A program made the translations under genes and the position numbers. The notes below the pieces were generated by a model. It was given only the letters and a program-made list of their open reading frames with translations, did not search any database and had not been told where the DNA came from. A stretch of 64,000 nucleotides of DNA, taken from assembly GCA_903866625.1 (NCBI GenBank), contig CAIPOI010000005.1, positions 127,178 to 191,177 of the forward strand. Reading direction: 5' to 3'. The DNA comes from an uncultured archaeon. GTDB lineage: Archaea > Nanobdellota > Nanobdellia > Pacearchaeales > GW2011-AR1. Positions 9,463 through 18,528 of this stretch are shown piece by piece; positions within the stretch are counted from its first letter, which is position 1, and each line of letters begins with the position of its first letter.

Positions 9463-10989
9463 ATGGAATATGATGTAATCTTAGTTAGTGGGGAAAAATA
9501 TTTTGATCATCCCCTTTGCGGTGTGGCTATTCTCAAAAGATTATTGGAAAAATATGGCTATAGTGTTGGGGTTATTGAAACTCCGAAATCTGAAAAAGAT
9601 ATTGCTAAACTTGGAAAACCCAAACTATTCTTTGGAGTTAGTTCTGGGGCTATGGACTCTATGATTAGAAACTATACTCCTCTGAATAGAAGGCGGGAGA
9701 AAGATAAGAATCTTAGTTATACTCAAGAGATTCCAGATAGGGCTTTGATTGTTTATAGTAAATGGATTAGAAGTGCGTTTAACGATGCAATTATTGTGAT
9801 TGGCGGGATAGAAGCTTCATTAAGAAGATTTAGTCACTATGATTATTGGGATAATAAACTAAGGAAATCCATACTTATTGATTCTTTAGCAGATATTCTT
9901 GTATATGGTAATGGTGAGAAGCAAATACTTGAAATTGCTAGCAGGTTGAAGAATGGTAATAATTTATTTGGTATTCTGGGAACTTGTATAAAATCAGATA
10001 ATCTCCCTCCAAAATTTATAGAGCTTCCAAGTCATGAAGAAGTTGTTAAATCCAAAGAAAGATTTTGTGATATGCAAAATTTATTTAATAATTATTCAAA
10101 TCTTGCTGAAAAATTTTCCAATGAAAGATGTTTTGTTCTTCAGTTCAAATATCCTGATTATAAGTCTAAAGATTTAGATGAATACTATGAATTGCCATTT
10201 ACCAGGGAGATAACTTCTAATGAGCTCAAGGGTTTTGAGTTTAGTATAGTGACTCATAGAGGTTGTATAGGAAATTGTAATTTTTGTTCACTTAGATTAT
10301 TAAGCGGAGATAAGATTGTCTCAAGAAGTGAAGAATCTATTGTTAGAGAAGTTGAGAGAATAGTAAAAATGCCACATTTCAAGGGAAATATCGATGATCT
10401 TGGAGGTCCAAGCGCAAATATGTATGGTATGGACTGTCATGCTTGTGAGGGGGAGTGTATTAATTGTGTTAAACTAAACAAAAGTCACTCAAAATTAATT
10501 AAACTAATGCGAAAAATTAGAAATATAAAGGGTGTAAAAAAAGTTTTTGTTAGAAGCGGAATAAGATATGATTTAGTTAATGAAGAATATTTAAAAGATT
10601 TAACAAAATATCATGTTTCTGGAAAATTAAAGATTGCTCCCGAACACGTTAATAAAGATGTTCTTAAACTTATGAATAAAGATAAGGGTGATCTTGATAA
10701 GTTTATATCTGATTTTAATAAACTTGGATGCGGAGAGTTAGCATTTTATTTTATGATTGGGCATCCTGGTTCTGGAATTAAGGAATCAAGAGAGTTAGCC
10801 GAGAAATTAAAGAAGTTAAAAAATGCAGAATCGGTCCAATTATTTACTCCTACGCCTATGACTGTTTCAACTTGCATGTATTATACTGGATTAAATCCTA
10901 AAACAAAAAAGAAGATTTATGTTCCCTATACTTTTAAAGAAAAAAAAGAACAAAAAAGAGTTTTGAATCTTAGAAAATTTAATTTCTGA
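9463..10989 (+). CDS. YgiQ-family (UPF0313) radical SAM protein
   Basis: N-terminal YDVILVSGEKYFDHPLCGVAILKRLLEKYGY block and radical-SAM cluster motif HRGCIGNCNFCS (CxxxCxxC). Confidence 0.8.
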   Translation: MEYDVILVSGEKYFDHPLCGVAILKRLLEKYGYSVGVIETPKSEKDIAKLGKPKLFFGVSSGAMDSMIRNYTPLNRRREKDKNLSYTQEIPDRALIVYSKWIRSAFNDAIIVIGGIEASLRRFSHYDYWDNKLRKSILIDSLADILVYGNGEKQILEIASRLKNGNNLFGILGTCIKSDNLPPKFIELPSHEEVVKSKERFCDMQNLFNNYSNLAEKFSNERCFVLQFKYPDYKSKDLDEYYELPFTREITSNELKGFEFSIVTHRGCIGNCNFCSLRLLSGDKIVSRSEESIVREVERIVKMPHFKGNIDDLGGPSANMYGMDCHACEGECINCVKLNKSHSKLIKLMRKIRNIKGVKKVFVRSGIRYDLVNEEYLKDLTKYHVSGKLKIAPEHVNKDVLKLMNKDKGDLDKFISDFNKLGCGELAFYFMIGHPGSGIKESRELAEKLKKLKNAESVQLFTPTPMTVSTCMYYTGLNPKTKKKIYVPYTFKEKKEQKRVLNLRKFNF

Positions 10990-10991
10990 GA

Positions 10992-11080
10992 ATGCGCGAT
11001 CCGACTGAAAAAATCTGAGGATTTTTAGTGTCGTCTCGTGCAGAAGTTTCGTTCCTCAACATTCTCCATGCGCGATCCGA
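10992..11080. repeat. 13-bp direct repeat ATGCGCGATCCGA (10992-11004 and 11068-11080); the second copy is the 3' end of tRNA-Gly
   Basis: Both copies read directly, period 76 bp. The repeat covers 1 nt of 3' flank, the discriminator, the 7-nt acceptor 3' strand and 4 nt of the T-stem. Confidence 0.85.
11009..11026. terminator. hairpin AAAAATC-TGAG-GATTTTT (candidate bidirectional terminator)
   Basis: 7-bp stem with a 4-nt loop. On the minus strand it is followed by a T6 run downstream of tRNA-Gly. On the plus strand it lies 20 nt after the ygiQ-like stop. Confidence 0.4.
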
Positions 11081-11139
11081 GAATTGAACTCGGCTCTAAA
11101 CCTTGGGAAGGTTTCATTCTACCGATAAACTAATCGCGC
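11069..11139 (-). tRNA. tRNA-Gly (anticodon CCC)
   Basis: Reverse complement: GCGCGAT TA GTTT ATCGGTA GAAT G AAACC TTCCCAA GGTTT AGAG CCGAG TTCAATT CTCGG ATCGCGC A. 71 nt. The D-stem has two G-U pairs. Confidence 0.85.
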
Positions 11140-11177
11140 ATAGTTAAAATTATAAACAACCTTTGCTTTTATTCTTT

Positions 11178-11543
11178 ATGGCAGGAGTAGTATTGTGGAA
11201 TTTTAGAGCTAATGCCACTGAGCAAATGGTGGCTTACTATTTTGCCTTGAGCTTTGATGAATCTCGAGAACTTGAAGAAGTAACTGGAAGAATCTTACTT
11301 CATTTTGCTCCAACTGATAATAATCAACAAAGAGATGGAAAATTAATTAACTTAAAATATAGGGTATTATGCTTTGATACTGGAAATATTAGCCCTCCTG
11401 AAAATCAAGATTGGCGAAAGATTTTTGCAGGAAGAGTAAGGAAAGATGGTAGACTTTACTTAAGAGATAAAACTGGAATGGATGGGCTTGAAGCCTATGC
11501 TGTTAGTGCTATAACTAATAATTGTTCTTTTAAAATTCGTTAG
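11178..11543 (+). CDS. hypothetical protein (121 aa from ATG 11178; the ORF track starts at a TTG at 11163)
   Basis: TATA-like AAAATTATAAAC (11146-11157) is centred about 26 nt upstream of ATG 11178. No family recognised. Confidence 0.45.
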   Translation: MAGVVLWNFRANATEQMVAYYFALSFDESRELEEVTGRILLHFAPTDNNQQRDGKLINLKYRVLCFDTGNISPPENQDWRKIFAGRVRKDGRLYLRDKTGMDGLEAYAVSAITNNCSFKIR

Positions 11544-11544
11544 G

Positions 11545-11553
11545 TTTTTATAT
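11545..11553 (+). promoter_or_regulatory. TATA-like element (TTTTTATAT) for metG
   Basis: Centre lies 25 nt upstream of the ATG at 11574. Confidence 0.4.
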
Positions 11554-11573
11554 CTAATTCTTATTCATAGGGT

Positions 11574-13466
11574 ATGGTTAAATCAGCTACTAAAAAAACA
11601 TTGAAAGAGAAGACTAAGAAATTCTATATTACCACCCCTATTTATTATCCTAATGATATTCCTCACATAGGCCATGCCTACACCACTATTGCTGCCGATA
11701 TCTTGGCAAGATGGCATAAACTTGTGGGCGAAGAAGTATTTTTTTTAACTGGAACTGATGAGCATGGTAAAAAGATAGAACAAACTGCAGCGAAAGTTGA
11801 TAAAAAACCAAAAGAATTCATTGATGCTTTAATTCCTGAATTTAAGAGTGCCTGGAATAAACTTAATATTAATTATGATCGTTTTATTAGAACTACTGAT
11901 AAAGATCATGAAAAAACAGTTCAAGCCATTCTACAAAAGGTTTACGATAAAGGTGATATTTATCTAGATGATTATACCGGTCTTTATTGCACTGCCTGTG
12001 AAGCATATTACACAGAAAAAGATTTAGTTAATGATTGTTGTCCTATTCATAAGAAACCTATTGAAATACTTCGGGAAAAAAGTTATTTCTTTAAATTGAG
12101 TAAGTATCAAGATAAACTTCTTAAATTTTATAAGGAAAACCCTAATTTTATCTTACCAAAATTCAGGGCTAATGAGGTTAAAGCGAGAGTCAAAGAGTGT
12201 TTGAATGATCTGAGCATTTCTAGAACAAGTTTTGATTGGGGTATAACTTTACCCTTTGATAAAAAACATATTTGTTATGTTTGGTTTGATGCACTTTTTA
12301 ATTATGTTTCTGGAGTTGGCTACCTTGAAGATAAGAAGAAGTTTGAGAAGTTTTGGCCTGCTGATGTTCAGTTAATTGGTAAAGATATTCTATGGTTCCA
12401 TTGTGTTTATTGGCCTGCTTTTTTACTTTCGGCAGGAATAGAATTGCCAAAAACTATCTTTGCTCATGGCTGGTGGACTTTTGATAATGAAAAAATATCT
12501 AAGTCTCGCGGAAAAGTAATTAACATTGACGAGTTAGTTTCTATTGCCGGAACTGATGCAGCTAGATACTTTTTATTTAGGGGGGCCGTATTTGGTCAGG
12601 ATGGAGATTTTTCAAGGCAAGTACTCATTGAGCGACATAATAATGAACTTGCAGATAAACTTGGAAATCTTGTATCAAGAGTTAGCACCCTTGCAGAGAA
12701 ATATGGAGTTAAGAAATGCGAAAACAAACTTCTTGGCAAACTTAAGCTTAAGGAAATTGAAAAATTGATTGAAAACTATGAGATTGATAAAGCACTTAAT
12801 GAGATTTTTGCTTTTGTCGATAGAGTTAATGAGTTTGTTCAAGCTGAGAAACCTTGGGAGACTAAAGATAGTAAAGTTCTCTACCAATGTGTTGATAGCA
12901 TTAAAGCAATAGCCATACTTCTTTTTCCTTTTATACCTGAAACTTCTGAAAAAATAGCCAAAAATTTTGGATTTGAGATAAAATATGAGAATATTCTTGA
13001 GAACCTCGAGTACAAAAATATAAAGAAATCTGAGATACTGTTTAAGAAGATAGAAGTAAAGGAAGATAATGTTGAAGAAAAACTTAATAAACCTAAACAA
13101 ACTACCAAGATAGAAGGAATAGCTAACATGACTGATGTTATTAAATACGATGACTTTGCAAAACTAGATTTAAGAGTTGGGACTATAAAGAAAGTTGAAG
13201 ATATAGAAGGAGCTGATAAGCTTTACAAGCTTGAAGTTGATGTTGGTGAAGCTAAGACTCGAGTAATTTGTGCGGGAATTAAGAAGTTTTATAGCAAAGA
13301 CGAGTTGAAAGGTAAACAAATAATTGTTATTTGTAATTTAGAGCCTAGAAAAATGCGAGGTATAGAAAGTAATGGTATGTTGCTTGCCGCTTCTACAGCT
13401 GATGATTCAAAGGTAATTCTTTTATCTCCTGAGAAAAAGATTGATAGTGGAAGTAAAGTGAGATAA
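11574..13466 (+). CDS. metG: methionyl-tRNA synthetase with C-terminal tRNA-binding (Trbp111/EMAP-like) domain
   Basis: HIGH motif PHIGHAYTT, KMSKS-type KISKSRG, zinc knuckles CTACEAYY...CCPIHKK, and C-terminal LDLRVGTIKKVE...ICAGIKKFY...NLEPRKMRGIESNGMLLAA. Confidence 0.95.
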   Translation: MVKSATKKTLKEKTKKFYITTPIYYPNDIPHIGHAYTTIAADILARWHKLVGEEVFFLTGTDEHGKKIEQTAAKVDKKPKEFIDALIPEFKSAWNKLNINYDRFIRTTDKDHEKTVQAILQKVYDKGDIYLDDYTGLYCTACEAYYTEKDLVNDCCPIHKKPIEILREKSYFFKLSKYQDKLLKFYKENPNFILPKFRANEVKARVKECLNDLSISRTSFDWGITLPFDKKHICYVWFDALFNYVSGVGYLEDKKKFEKFWPADVQLIGKDILWFHCVYWPAFLLSAGIELPKTIFAHGWWTFDNEKISKSRGKVINIDELVSIAGTDAARYFLFRGAVFGQDGDFSRQVLIERHNNELADKLGNLVSRVSTLAEKYGVKKCENKLLGKLKLKEIEKLIENYEIDKALNEIFAFVDRVNEFVQAEKPWETKDSKVLYQCVDSIKAIAILLFPFIPETSEKIAKNFGFEIKYENILENLEYKNIKKSEILFKKIEVKEDNVEEKLNKPKQTTKIEGIANMTDVIKYDDFAKLDLRVGTIKKVEDIEGADKLYKLEVDVGEAKTRVICAGIKKFYSKDELKGKQIIVICNLEPRKMRGIESNGMLLAASTADDSKVILLSPEKKIDSGSKVR

Positions 13467-13473
13467 AACTAAT

Positions 13474-13683
13474 ATGCCTAGGCAGATAAAAACAATCCCA
13501 GTTTCTGAAGATACGAGAAGATTTTTAATAAGATTACAAAAACAGATTTTAGTGGGAATAAGACCCTGCGACCCTATTTTAAAAGAACATCCCGGTATAA
13601 CTCCAGAACAGGCTTCAGCTTATTTCTGTAGAGATGTTTTATATTCGGATAGACCTAGAAATCGTGGAATAAGATATTTGTGA
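13474..13683 (+). CDS. hypothetical small protein (69 aa)
   Basis: ORF 7 nt after the metG stop. R/P-rich, no family recognised. Confidence 0.35.
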   Translation: MPRQIKTIPVSEDTRRFLIRLQKQILVGIRPCDPILKEHPGITPEQASAYFCRDVLYSDRPRNRGIRYL

Positions 13684-13692
13684 TTATTAAAA

Positions 13693-14475
13693 CTACAACC
13701 CCAATCTCTTAGCTAATCTTGAAAAGAAACTTGGTTTTTCTTTTTTCTTTTCTTGAAGTTTTTGGCGTTTATCGCCTAAAACTTTTCTTGTGATATTTCT
13801 GTAAGCTCTGGCAGCTTTGCTTTTTGGATGAGTAAGAACTACTCCATTCTTCATCCTATGACTTTCTTTAACAGAATCATCTTCGGGAACTATTCCAAGA
13901 ATAGGAACTTCTAACATATCTTTTATTGTTGGAACATCCATTTCCCATTTTTTACCTTCAATTCTGGTTATTATAACTCCTGCAACTTTTTTATCCATTT
14001 CTTCAGCAAGTTTTATTGTTTTAAGAGCATCAGTTACAGCAGTTACTTCTGGATTCGTAACAATAATTATCTCGTCTGCTGCTTCTAGTGCAGATTTTGA
14101 CTCTTCTCCAAGTCCTGCTGCAGAATCTAATAGAACATTATCTGCAATCCTCTTTAATTTTTTAGCAATATCTTCCATTTTATCATGATTTATGCTTTTT
14201 AAATCTCCAATAGAAAGTGAAGAAGGAAGAATTTTTGTTCCAGACTCATGTTCGTATATTGCTTCTTCAACCTTTGCTTCATTTTTCATAACATGATTTA
14301 GTGTTATTGGAACTATTGGAGAGCCTAAATGTAATCCTACATTAGGAGTTGTAAGATTTGCATCTACAATTACTACTTCTTTACCTAATTCATTCATTGA
14401 CAGGCCAAGATTAATTGTGGTTGTAGTTTTTCCTACTCCGCCTTTTCCTGATGCAATAACATATATTTTACCCAT
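13693..14475 (-). CDS. minD: MinD/ParA-family P-loop ATPase
   Basis: Deviant Walker A SGKGGVGKTTTTINLG, DANLTTPN and LLDSAAG blocks; 260 aa with a basic C-terminal tail. Confidence 0.85.
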   Translation of the reverse strand: MGKIYVIASGKGGVGKTTTTINLGLSMNELGKEVVIVDANLTTPNVGLHLGSPIVPITLNHVMKNEAKVEEAIYEHESGTKILPSSLSIGDLKSINHDKMEDIAKKLKRIADNVLLDSAAGLGEESKSALEAADEIIIVTNPEVTAVTDALKTIKLAEEMDKKVAGVIITRIEGKKWEMDVPTIKDMLEVPILGIVPEDDSVKESHRMKNGVVLTHPKSKAARAYRNITRKVLGDKRQKLQEKKKEKPSFFSRLAKRLGL

Positions 14476-14497
14476 TTTTACAAAAAATAACCTTAGA

Positions 14498-14944
14498 TTA
14501 TTTTGATAGAAGGAATTGTTTTACGTAACTTATAAACCTTTCGAGTGTAATTGAATATTCTTTTAGCTGATCAAGATTTATTATTACTTCCTTGCCCATA
14601 TCATTTACCTTAAGTCTTACATCCTTCCTAAATTCACATTCTTTTATAGCTTTATTGTCATCTATTCTCTTGAAAAATTCATAGATTTTTATCGCTTCCA
14701 TTATCTCTGCCTGATTTTTAAAATTTTGTTTTACTAGCTCTACTTTTTGTCTGGGATGAGTTGGAATTACTTTTATTTTCTTTTTCTTTTTTAGTTGTTG
14801 AAGCAAACCTTCAACACAGTGATCTATCATTATTACCCATCTTTTTAGAAGATTTAGAATTACATCACAGGTTTTGGTGTATTTTAAACTTACATAAAGC
14901 AGATGATCTGCACTGATTTTTTCTTTGATAATTGTCTCAATCAT
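14498..14944 (-). CDS. hypothetical protein, paralog of 15039-15500
   Basis: Shares ADHLLYVSLKYTK / ADHILYVTYPVVRDK and C-terminal EFRKDVRLKV / EFLRREKIVIL blocks with the upstream ORF. Sits 22 nt upstream of minD. Confidence 0.5.
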   Translation of the reverse strand: MIETIIKEKISADHLLYVSLKYTKTCDVILNLLKRWVIMIDHCVEGLLQQLKKKKKIKVIPTHPRQKVELVKQNFKNQAEIMEAIKIYEFFKRIDDNKAIKECEFRKDVRLKVNDMGKEVIINLDQLKEYSITLERFISYVKQFLLSK

Positions 14945-15038
14945 TTTTAATCATTAATTCTCCAAGATTTTTTGATACTGGGTCTGGAAAAGCTATGTTA
15001 GACTAGTATATATACCTATCTTTTTTTGAGAATTTTTA

Positions 15039-15500
15039 CTACTTTATAATAATTTTGACTTTACTCATTATTCCCTTTACAAGTGTTAAATATTGTTTCA
15101 AAATTTCTTCGTCAAGTGTTCTTGTATGAAGATTATCTGAGAGTATAACTATCTTTTCTCTTCTTAAAAATTCCATGGGACTCTTTTTATGATTTTCTGC
15201 AAGAGATATAAATTCTAAGATTTTATTAATCTCTTGAGGAGAGATACCATACCTTGGTGCAGATTTTGAAATAAAGACTCCGAAGTTTTCATGAGAGTCC
15301 TGGTAAAGCTTTATTCTTTTCCAGAGGTAGTCATATTGAAGAATTGCATTTACTATGGAGAGTAAAGAGTCATATATTCGGTCTATAGAACTTAATAAAA
15401 GTCTTTTATCCCTAACAACTGGATAGGTTACATAAAGAATATGATCTGCTATCCTTATACTTTTTATAGCATCACCTAAATGCTCTAAGTATTTTTCCAT
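15039..15500 (-). CDS. hypothetical protein, paralog of 14498-14944
   Basis: See the paralog entry. 153 aa helical-looking protein. Confidence 0.5.
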   Translation of the reverse strand: MEKYLEHLGDAIKSIRIADHILYVTYPVVRDKRLLLSSIDRIYDSLLSIVNAILQYDYLWKRIKLYQDSHENFGVFISKSAPRYGISPQEINKILEFISLAENHKKSPMEFLRREKIVILSDNLHTRTLDEEILKQYLTLVKGIMSKVKIIIK

Positions 15501-15556
15501 ATAACTGTAGATTTTCTAGATTAATAAGGATTTATGTGGGAGAATGATAGTTTCTA

Positions 15557-15916
15557 TTATTTTTTCTTCTTATGGGTCAAAGCAATAATGGTTTCTGCAA
15601 TATCCCCATTGTTTTTTTCTAATTCTATTGCTGCAATTTCTTTTGAAACTCCTGTTTGCTTTACGATTTCTTGAATATCTTCTTCAACTTTCTCATCTTC
15701 GTTTTCTTGTTCTTGATTTTCTTCCGAGATTTCTCCCGAGATTTGAAAGTTTTCTTGACCAGACATGTTCACCTTTATAACTTTTGGTTCATTTATTATG
15801 ATTCTTCCACCTTCAGACTTTTCTATGATTACTCTTGAGGCATCTAACTCTGTTTGAGAGATGCCCATCTGCTTCATCATGGCTTGCATCTTCTTAGGAT
15901 CTATTTTTGGAAACAT
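15557..15916 (-). CDS. nac: nascent polypeptide-associated complex protein (NAC alpha)
   Basis: PKKMQAMMKQMGI..., NAC beta-barrel block VIIEKSEGGRIIINEPKVIKVNMSGQENFQISGE, and C-terminal UBA-like VKQTGVSKEIAAIELEKNNGDIAETIIAL. Confidence 0.85.
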   Translation of the reverse strand: MFPKIDPKKMQAMMKQMGISQTELDASRVIIEKSEGGRIIINEPKVIKVNMSGQENFQISGEISEENQEQENEDEKVEEDIQEIVKQTGVSKEIAAIELEKNNGDIAETIIALTHKKKK

Positions 15917-15917
15917 G

Positions 15918-16073
15918 TTAACTAAAGAATATTTTTACTACAGTCATTAATATTATTGCAGCAACAATTATAATAACTACTTGTTCGGGAGTTATTTGAA
16001 GTTTACTTTGATACTCCTCATTATACCTTATTAGACCTCCTCCACTAGAAGGCATCATCATATTGTCTGCCAT
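15918..16073 (-). CDS. secG: preprotein translocase subunit Sec61-beta/SecG (51 aa; below the ORF-track cutoff)
   Basis: My translation is MADNMMMPSSGGGLIRYNEEYQSKLQITPEQVVIIIVAAIILMTVVKIFFS. It has the Sec61-beta signature SxGGLxRY followed by a single C-terminal TM helix. The stop lies 1 nt from the nac start. Confidence 0.65.
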   Translation of the reverse strand: MADNMMMPSSGGGLIRYNEEYQSKLQITPEQVVIIIVAAIILMTVVKIFFS

Positions 16074-16077
16074 AAGG

Positions 16078-16085
16078 TTTAAAAT
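16078..16085 (+). promoter_or_regulatory. TATA-like element (TTTAAAAT) for valS
   Basis: Centre lies 25.5 nt upstream of ATG 16107. It directly abuts ATG 16086, which makes 16086 an unlikely start. Confidence 0.4.
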
Positions 16086-16094
16086 ATGGGGTTG

Positions 16095-16102
16095 TTTTTA
16101 AA
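16095..16102 (-). promoter_or_regulatory. TATA-like element (TTTAAAAA on minus strand) for the Sec61-beta gene
   Basis: Centre lies 25.5 nt upstream of the ATG at 16073. Confidence 0.4.
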
Positions 16103-16106
16103 GGTT

Positions 16107-18488
16107 ATGGCTTTAGAGAATAAACAGAATAAACAATACAGCTTTATAGAATCTGAAAAAAAGTGGAAGAGCTTTTGGGAAAAAGAAAATATTTATAGTT
16201 TCAGTAGGAATTCTAAGAAAAAAATATTTAGTGTAGACACGCCCCCACCAACTGTTTCAGGTGAGATGCATATTGGCCATGCTTGTTCTTACTCTCAACA
16301 GGATTTTATTGTTCGTTTTAAGAGAATGAGGGGTTTTAATATTTTTTATCCTTTTGGAACAGATGATAATGGCTTGCCTACTGAAAGATTGGTTGAAAAA
16401 AAGAAGAATGTTAAAGCTAAGGAAATGAAAAGAGATGCGTTTGTAAGATTATGCATGGACTTTCTTAAAGAAGAGTTACCCAAATTTATTCAGGATTGGA
16501 AGGATATTGGAATTAGTTGTGATTGGAATATTCTTTATTCTACTATTGACAAACATTCCAGAGCGGTTAGTCAGTGGAGTTTTCTAGATTTACATAAAAA
16601 AGGAAGATTAGAGCGAAGAGATGCTCCTTCTATGTGGTGTCCAGAATGCAAAACTGGCGTGGCCCAGGTAGAAGTTCAAGATAAAGAATTAGATTCTTTG
16701 TTTAATGACATTGTTTTTAAGGTTGGAGACAAAGAATTAATTGTCGCTACAACTCGACCAGAACTTCTTCCTGCTTGTGTTTCGGTTTTTTATCATCCTA
16801 GTGATAAAAGATATAATAAATTAAAAGGAAAGTTAGCTAAAGTTCCTTTGTTTAATTTTGAAGTCCCAATTATGGAAGATGAAAGAGCAGATCCTGAAAA
16901 AGGAACTGGATTAGTTATGTGCTGTACTTTTGGAGATCAGACTGATATGGAGTGGCAGAAAGCTCATAGACTTCCTATAAAAATGGCTATAACTCCTGAA
17001 GGTAAGATGAGCGAACTTTCAGGAAAGTATAAGGGATTATTGATAAAAGAAGCTAGAAAAGAAATTATAAAAGACCTTAAGGAAAATGATCTTCTTAGAA
17101 ATCAGAAAGCAATTAAACATGTTGTTAATGTTCATGAGAGATGCGGGACCGAAATAGAATTTATAAAAAGCAGGCAGTGGTTTGTTAGATATCTTGATTT
17201 AAGAAAAGACATGCTGGAGTGGGGTAAGGAGTTAAATTGGTATCCCGAGCATATGAAACATAGATATTTTAATTGGGTTAATGGTTTGCAGTGGGATTGG
17301 TTAATTTCTAATCAGAGACATTTTGGAGTAGCTTTTCCAGTTTGGTATTGCCAAGATTGTGATGAAGTTATTTTAGCTAAGGAGAAAGATTTGCCAGTTG
17401 ATCCTACTATTGATAAGGCTCCTGTAAAAGAATGTCCCAAATGTAAATCAAAGAAAATAATTCCTGAAAAAGATATTCTTAATACCTGGTTTACAAGTTC
17501 AATGACTCCTCAAATCTCTACTCGATTAATGCCTGAATCAATACAAAAGAAACTTTTTCCAATGGATTTAAGACCTCAAGCACACGATATTATTACATTC
17601 TGGCTTTTTAATACTGTTATTAAGTCTAGATTGCATTTTAATAAAAATCCGTGGAAGGATACTATAATTTCTGGTTATGTTACACGCGAAGGAGAGAAAA
17701 TGAGTAAAAGCAAGGGAAATATTATTCGTCCGCAGGAAGTAAGAGAGAAATATGGTGCAGATAGTATTCGATACTGGGCTGCAAGTTCAAAACTTGGAGA
17801 AGATTTTGATTATCAAGAAAAAGATGTAGTTACGGGAGCAAAATTTGTAAATAAAATAATTAATGCAACCAAGTTTGTTTTTATGAATTTAAAATATCAA
17901 CAAAAACAACCAAAACTTTTAGAAATGGATAGACTATTTTTATCAAGACTTAATCAGACTATAGAAGATTCAACCAAGGCTTTTGAAAATTATGATTACG
18001 CAAGGGCAAAACTTGAAGCAGATAGTTTTTTTTGGAAGAATTTTTGTGACAATTATTTAGAAATTGTGAAAAACAGAATATATAATGGAAATGAAGGAGA
18101 GAAAGCAAGTGCTTATTACACCCTTTATCAAGCTCTTTATTCTCTCGTAAGATTGATGGCTCCAATAACTCCTTTTGTAACTGAAGAAATTTATCAAGAA
18201 TATTTTAGAAAGAATGAGAATGAAAAATCAGTTCATAATTGTGTCTGGCCCGAAAAAATAACTATTAAAGAAAGCAAGAATGATGAAACTGTTTGGGAAA
18301 GAATAGTTGAAATTATCGGCAAGGTAAGGCAGGCTAAGTCTGAAGCAAAGAAGTCTATGAAAGCTGAAATAATTCTTACTTTATCTAAAGAAGACAAAAC
18401 TTTATTAAAAGATTTTTTAGATGATCTTAAATCGGTTACTAATTCTAGGGAGATTAAAGAAGGCAATTTTAACATAATTGTTTTGTAG
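16107..18488 (+). CDS. valS: valyl-tRNA synthetase (ORF track starts at 16086; 16107 preferred)
   Basis: DTPPPTVSGEMHIGHACSY (class I HIGH, ValRS-type PPPxxSG), FGTDDNGLPTE, KMSKSKGN; about 793 aa. Confidence 0.9.
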   Translation: MALENKQNKQYSFIESEKKWKSFWEKENIYSFSRNSKKKIFSVDTPPPTVSGEMHIGHACSYSQQDFIVRFKRMRGFNIFYPFGTDDNGLPTERLVEKKKNVKAKEMKRDAFVRLCMDFLKEELPKFIQDWKDIGISCDWNILYSTIDKHSRAVSQWSFLDLHKKGRLERRDAPSMWCPECKTGVAQVEVQDKELDSLFNDIVFKVGDKELIVATTRPELLPACVSVFYHPSDKRYNKLKGKLAKVPLFNFEVPIMEDERADPEKGTGLVMCCTFGDQTDMEWQKAHRLPIKMAITPEGKMSELSGKYKGLLIKEARKEIIKDLKENDLLRNQKAIKHVVNVHERCGTEIEFIKSRQWFVRYLDLRKDMLEWGKELNWYPEHMKHRYFNWVNGLQWDWLISNQRHFGVAFPVWYCQDCDEVILAKEKDLPVDPTIDKAPVKECPKCKSKKIIPEKDILNTWFTSSMTPQISTRLMPESIQKKLFPMDLRPQAHDIITFWLFNTVIKSRLHFNKNPWKDTIISGYVTREGEKMSKSKGNIIRPQEVREKYGADSIRYWAASSKLGEDFDYQEKDVVTGAKFVNKIINATKFVFMNLKYQQKQPKLLEMDRLFLSRLNQTIEDSTKAFENYDYARAKLEADSFFWKNFCDNYLEIVKNRIYNGNEGEKASAYYTLYQALYSLVRLMAPITPFVTEEIYQEYFRKNENEKSVHNCVWPEKITIKESKNDETVWERIVEIIGKVRQAKSEAKKSMKAEIILTLSKEDKTLLKDFLDDLKSVTNSREIKEGNFNIIVL

Positions 18489-18528
18489 CTTCCTCTATAT
18501 TTATAAACTTAAAACTAAATATAATAAA

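Noticed and set aside
10992-11080. An integrated mobile element or provirus currently sitting at tRNA-Gly.
   Set aside because: Only 63 bp separate the two repeat copies, and no integrase, transposase or viral gene is nearby. At most this is a scar or a decayed duplication, which I keep as a finding, not a resident element.
12544-13129. Track ORFs 12544-12768 (+), 12675-13100 (-) and 12881-13129 (-).
   Set aside because: All overlap the MetRS reading frame, which carries clear class I synthetase and tRNA-binding motifs. Their translations are F/L/I/K-rich nonsense.
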